Below the pieces are notes generated by a model that did no database searches, was not told the DNA's origin, and saw only the letters and a list, made by a program, of their open reading frames with translations. Positions 31,306 through 33,483 of a stretch of 33,483 nucleotides of DNA are shown here, piece by piece; position 1 is the stretch's first letter; every line of letters starts with the position of its first letter. The position numbers were made by a program, and so were the translations under genes. The stretch comes from Thermoplasmata archaeon. Lineage in GTDB: Archaea; Thermoplasmatota; Thermoplasmata; Lutacidiplasmatales; UBA184. The stretch is from assembly GCA_021823085.1 (NCBI GenBank), contig JAKAPG010000001.1, forward strand, positions 1 through 33,483, read 5' to 3'.

Positions 31306-33483
31306 GTGACGCGGATCTTCGTGGGAGTCTCCTGGCCGTACGCCAACGGCCCGATCCACATCGGCCAATTCGCGAGCACCTACCTGCCGGCCGACATCTT
31401 CGCCCGGTATCACCGCCTGAAAGGGAACGAGGTCCTGATGGTCTCGGGCTCCGATATGCACGGGACCCCCCTTCTGGTGCGGGCGGAGGAGGAGGGAACG
31501 ACGCCCGAGAACGTCGCGCGCCGTTTCCACGCCATCCACAAGGCGACGTTCGCCCGTGCCGGCATCTCCTTCGATCTCTACACCGATACACACACGGCGA
31601 ACCACGAGCGAACGGTGCGCGAACTGTTCCTCGCGATCCTGGAGAACGGATACGTCCGTCGCCGTACCGAGGAGGGGCCGTACTGTCCCAAGCACCGACG
31701 GTTCCTTCCCGACCGGTACGCGCTCGGGATCTGCCCACATTGCGGGTTCGCGAACGCGCGCGGGGACGAGTGCGACAACTGCGGCCGCCCGATCAACCTC
31801 CGGCAGCTCGGCTCTCCGCGCTGCGCTCTGTGCGGGACGCCGGCGGAGTTCCGGCCGTCCGAGCACTTCTACCTCGAGCTCGACAAGCTCGAGAGCGCGG
31901 TCGCGGAGTTCGTCGCCGGCCGCCCCCACTGGCGCACGGGTACCCGGCGGGTCGCCGAGAACTTCCTGGCCGAGGGACTCCACCCCACCCCGATCACCCG
32001 CGATCTCGAATGGGGCGTGCCGATCCCGCTCGACGGCTACGACGGGAAGGTGTTCTACGTCTGGTTCGAGGCCCTGATCGGCTACCTGTCGGCCTCCCGG
32101 GAGTGGGCGATCCGGGCCGGCCGGCCCGACGCGTGGCGCCGCTACTGGGATGCGCGCGAGCCGGTGCGGCAGTACTACTTCATCGGGAAGGACAACCGCT
32201 TCCATCACACGATCGAGTGGCCGGCGATGCTGCTCGGCGCCAAGAACCTCCAGGTCCCGTACGACGTCCCCGCGAACGAGTGGATGAACCTCGGGGGCCA
32301 GAAGGTTTCCAAGTCGCGGACGAAGGAGCTCGACGTCTTCATCCCGTCGATGCTGGACCGCTACCCGGTCGACGTGGTCCGGTTCTATGCCGCCCTGCTC
32401 GCCCCCCAGAACCACGACACGGAGTTCGACGCGGACGAGTTCGAGCGCCTGCGGGACGAGATCCTCGCGAACCAGCTCGGGAACCTCGTCCAGCGCACGC
32501 TCGTTCTCGCTCGGGACAAGCACGCGAACCGCATCCCCCCGCCTCCCGAGAGCTGGAGCCCCACCGCAGCGGACGGGATCGGGGCACACCTGCGGGGCGT
32601 CCACACCCGGGTCGAGGAGGAGTACGAGGCGGTCCGCCTGAAGGAGGCTCTCGACCTCGTCCTCGAAGAGGTGCGCGAAGCGAACCGTGCGTTCCACGAG
32701 GCAACGCCATGGAACCTCCCCCCGGCCGAGCGGGCGAGGGTCCTCTACGAGACGATCTGGCGGCTGCAGGCGATCGCCACCTGGCTCTCCCCGACGCTTC
32801 CGACCACGTCCGAGCGCATCCTCCGGATGCTCGGGTCCGTCGATCCGCTCGCTCCGGGAAGCTGGGACGAGGCTCTCCGCCCCCCTGCTTCCGGGCGGGC
32901 CCTCGGCCCCGTCGAGCCGCTCTTTCCGCGAGCCTCCCACTCGAACGGTGCGGCTCCCGCGCCCGGGGCGACGACCTCCCCCGGTTCCCCACCGGCTCTG
33001 GTGATCCGGGTCGGCATCGTCCGGGTCGCCGAGCCCCATCCCGATGCCGACCGACTGTTGGTGCTGACCGTCGATCTCGGGGAATCGCACCCGCGCACCA
33101 TCGTAGCCGGCATCCGCGACGCCTACGCACCGGAACAGTTGATCGGGCGGAGGATCGTGGTTCTTGCGAACCTCGCGCATCGCCGGATCCGACGAACGAC
33201 GAGCCAGGGGATGCTGCTGGCGAGCGAGATCGACGGTCGCCCGGTCCTCCTGACACCCCCGGAGAACCTGACCGCCGGGGCCGTGATCGACGGAACGCCT
33301 GCGTCGCCTCCGGAGATCTCGATCGACGACCTCGGGCGTGCCCCCCTCGTCATCGCTAAGGTCGAAGGGCCAGCGAAGGAAGGGGGCACGCGCGTCCGAC
33401 TCAAGGACCGGTCGATCCTCGTCGAGGGCACGGCCCCTGCGGGAGAGCTCGTCGTCGTCCGGCTCCGCGCTCCCGACGCGTCG
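31306..33483 (+). CDS. metG: methionyl-tRNA synthetase with C-terminal Trbp111/EMAPII-like tRNA-binding domain (3' end beyond the window)
   Basis: Absent from the ORF track because no stop is reached. My translation from GTG 31306 gives VTRIFVGVSWPYANGPIHIGQFAS...MVSGSDMHGTP, a CPHCG...CDNCG zinc knuckle, and GQKVSKSRTKE (KMSKS-type motif). It then reads VIRVGIVRVAEPHPDADRLLVLTVDLG...SQGMLLAS. GGAGGG lies at 31297-31302. GTG 31276 is an alternative start. Confidence 0.93.
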   Translation, partial: MTRIFVGVSWPYANGPIHIGQFASTYLPADIFARYHRLKGNEVLMVSGSDMHGTPLLVRAEEEGTTPENVARRFHAIHKATFARAGISFDLYTDTHTANHERTVRELFLAILENGYVRRRTEEGPYCPKHRRFLPDRYALGICPHCGFANARGDECDNCGRPINLRQLGSPRCALCGTPAEFRPSEHFYLELDKLESAVAEFVAGRPHWRTGTRRVAENFLAEGLHPTPITRDLEWGVPIPLDGYDGKVFYVWFEALIGYLSASREWAIRAGRPDAWRRYWDAREPVRQYYFIGKDNRFHHTIEWPAMLLGAKNLQVPYDVPANEWMNLGGQKVSKSRTKELDVFIPSMLDRYPVDVVRFYAALLAPQNHDTEFDADEFERLRDEILANQLGNLVQRTLVLARDKHANRIPPPPESWSPTAADGIGAHLRGVHTRVEEEYEAVRLKEALDLVLEEVREANRAFHEATPWNLPPAERARVLYETIWRLQAIATWLSPTLPTTSERILRMLGSVDPLAPGSWDEALRPPASGRALGPVEPLFPRASHSNGAAPAPGATTSPGSPPALVIRVGIVRVAEPHPDADRLLVLTVDLGESHPRTIVAGIRDAYAPEQLIGRRIVVLANLAHRRIRRTTSQGMLLASEIDGRPVLLTPPENLTAGAVIDGTPASPPEISIDDLGRAPLVIAKVEGPAKEGGTRVRLKDRSILVEGTAPAGELVVVRLRAPDAS

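Noticed and set aside
28754-31738. 994-aa minus-strand ORF, and the 726-aa plus-strand ORF at 31179-33359
   Set aside because: Both are off-frame relative to well-supported genes (ALDH and thyX, and metG respectively). Both translate to Arg/Pro/Gly-rich sequence.
31267-33180. The N-terminal two-thirds of the 958-aa minus-strand ORF that ends in thyX
   Set aside because: Only residues from MTSLVRR (ATG 31266) onward resemble ThyX. The upstream part is antisense to metG, whose HIGH and KMSKS motifs and OB domain are clear on the plus strand.
1-33483. CRISPR arrays, tandem repeats, rRNA genes and IS elements
   Set aside because: Reading through the window, I found no regularly spaced repeats, no long non-coding stretches (the largest intergenic gap is about 250 bp) and no transposase-like ORFs. 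This was a visual scan, not an exhaustive computation.

Overview
Very GC-rich chromosomal fragment (no GC value computed). The gene content is archaeal: thermosome, aIF2-beta, eL21, Rpo4/F, Pus10, DUF655, KsgA/Dim1, XerA, ThyX and a TtuA/NcsA-type tRNA thiolase. The proteins are Arg-rich rather than acidic, so this is not a haloarchaeon. A class II LysRS together with glyceraldehyde-DH and glycerate-2-kinase genes suggests a Thermoplasmata-like lineage, but that is low-confidence inference.

I support 30 protein-coding genes, most of them housekeeping and packed tightly. Genes inside operons have 4-8 nt start/stop overlaps or GGAGG Shine-Dalgarno sites. First genes of transcription units carry a lone AT- or T-rich element about 22-32 nt upstream of the start codon, which fits short-leader or leaderless mRNAs. 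Two genes run off the window edges and are missing from the ORF track: aIF2-beta at the 5' end and MetRS at the 3' end. I saw no rRNA genes, tRNA genes, CRISPR arrays or transposases. Many of the longest ORFs in the track are antisense or off-frame artefacts of the high GC content.

The least ordinary locus is 18407-21497. It holds a small conserved hypothetical gene followed by an 841-aa HerA/FtsK-like P-loop ATPase. That ATPase appears to be fused to a winged-helix domain and a C-terminal restriction-endonuclease-fold (PD-(D/E)xK-like) domain. This is my best candidate for an uncharacterised translocase-nuclease system; the domain calls rest on motif and secondary-structure reading only.

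Other points worth a second look:
- Two adjacent membrane-protein genes are each broken at a 6-nt G or C homopolymer.
- The heptamer CCAAGGA occurs three times around the thermosome promoter and start codon.
- A perfect 17-bp palindrome lies between two back-to-back promoters.
- A bacterial-type PoxB is present.
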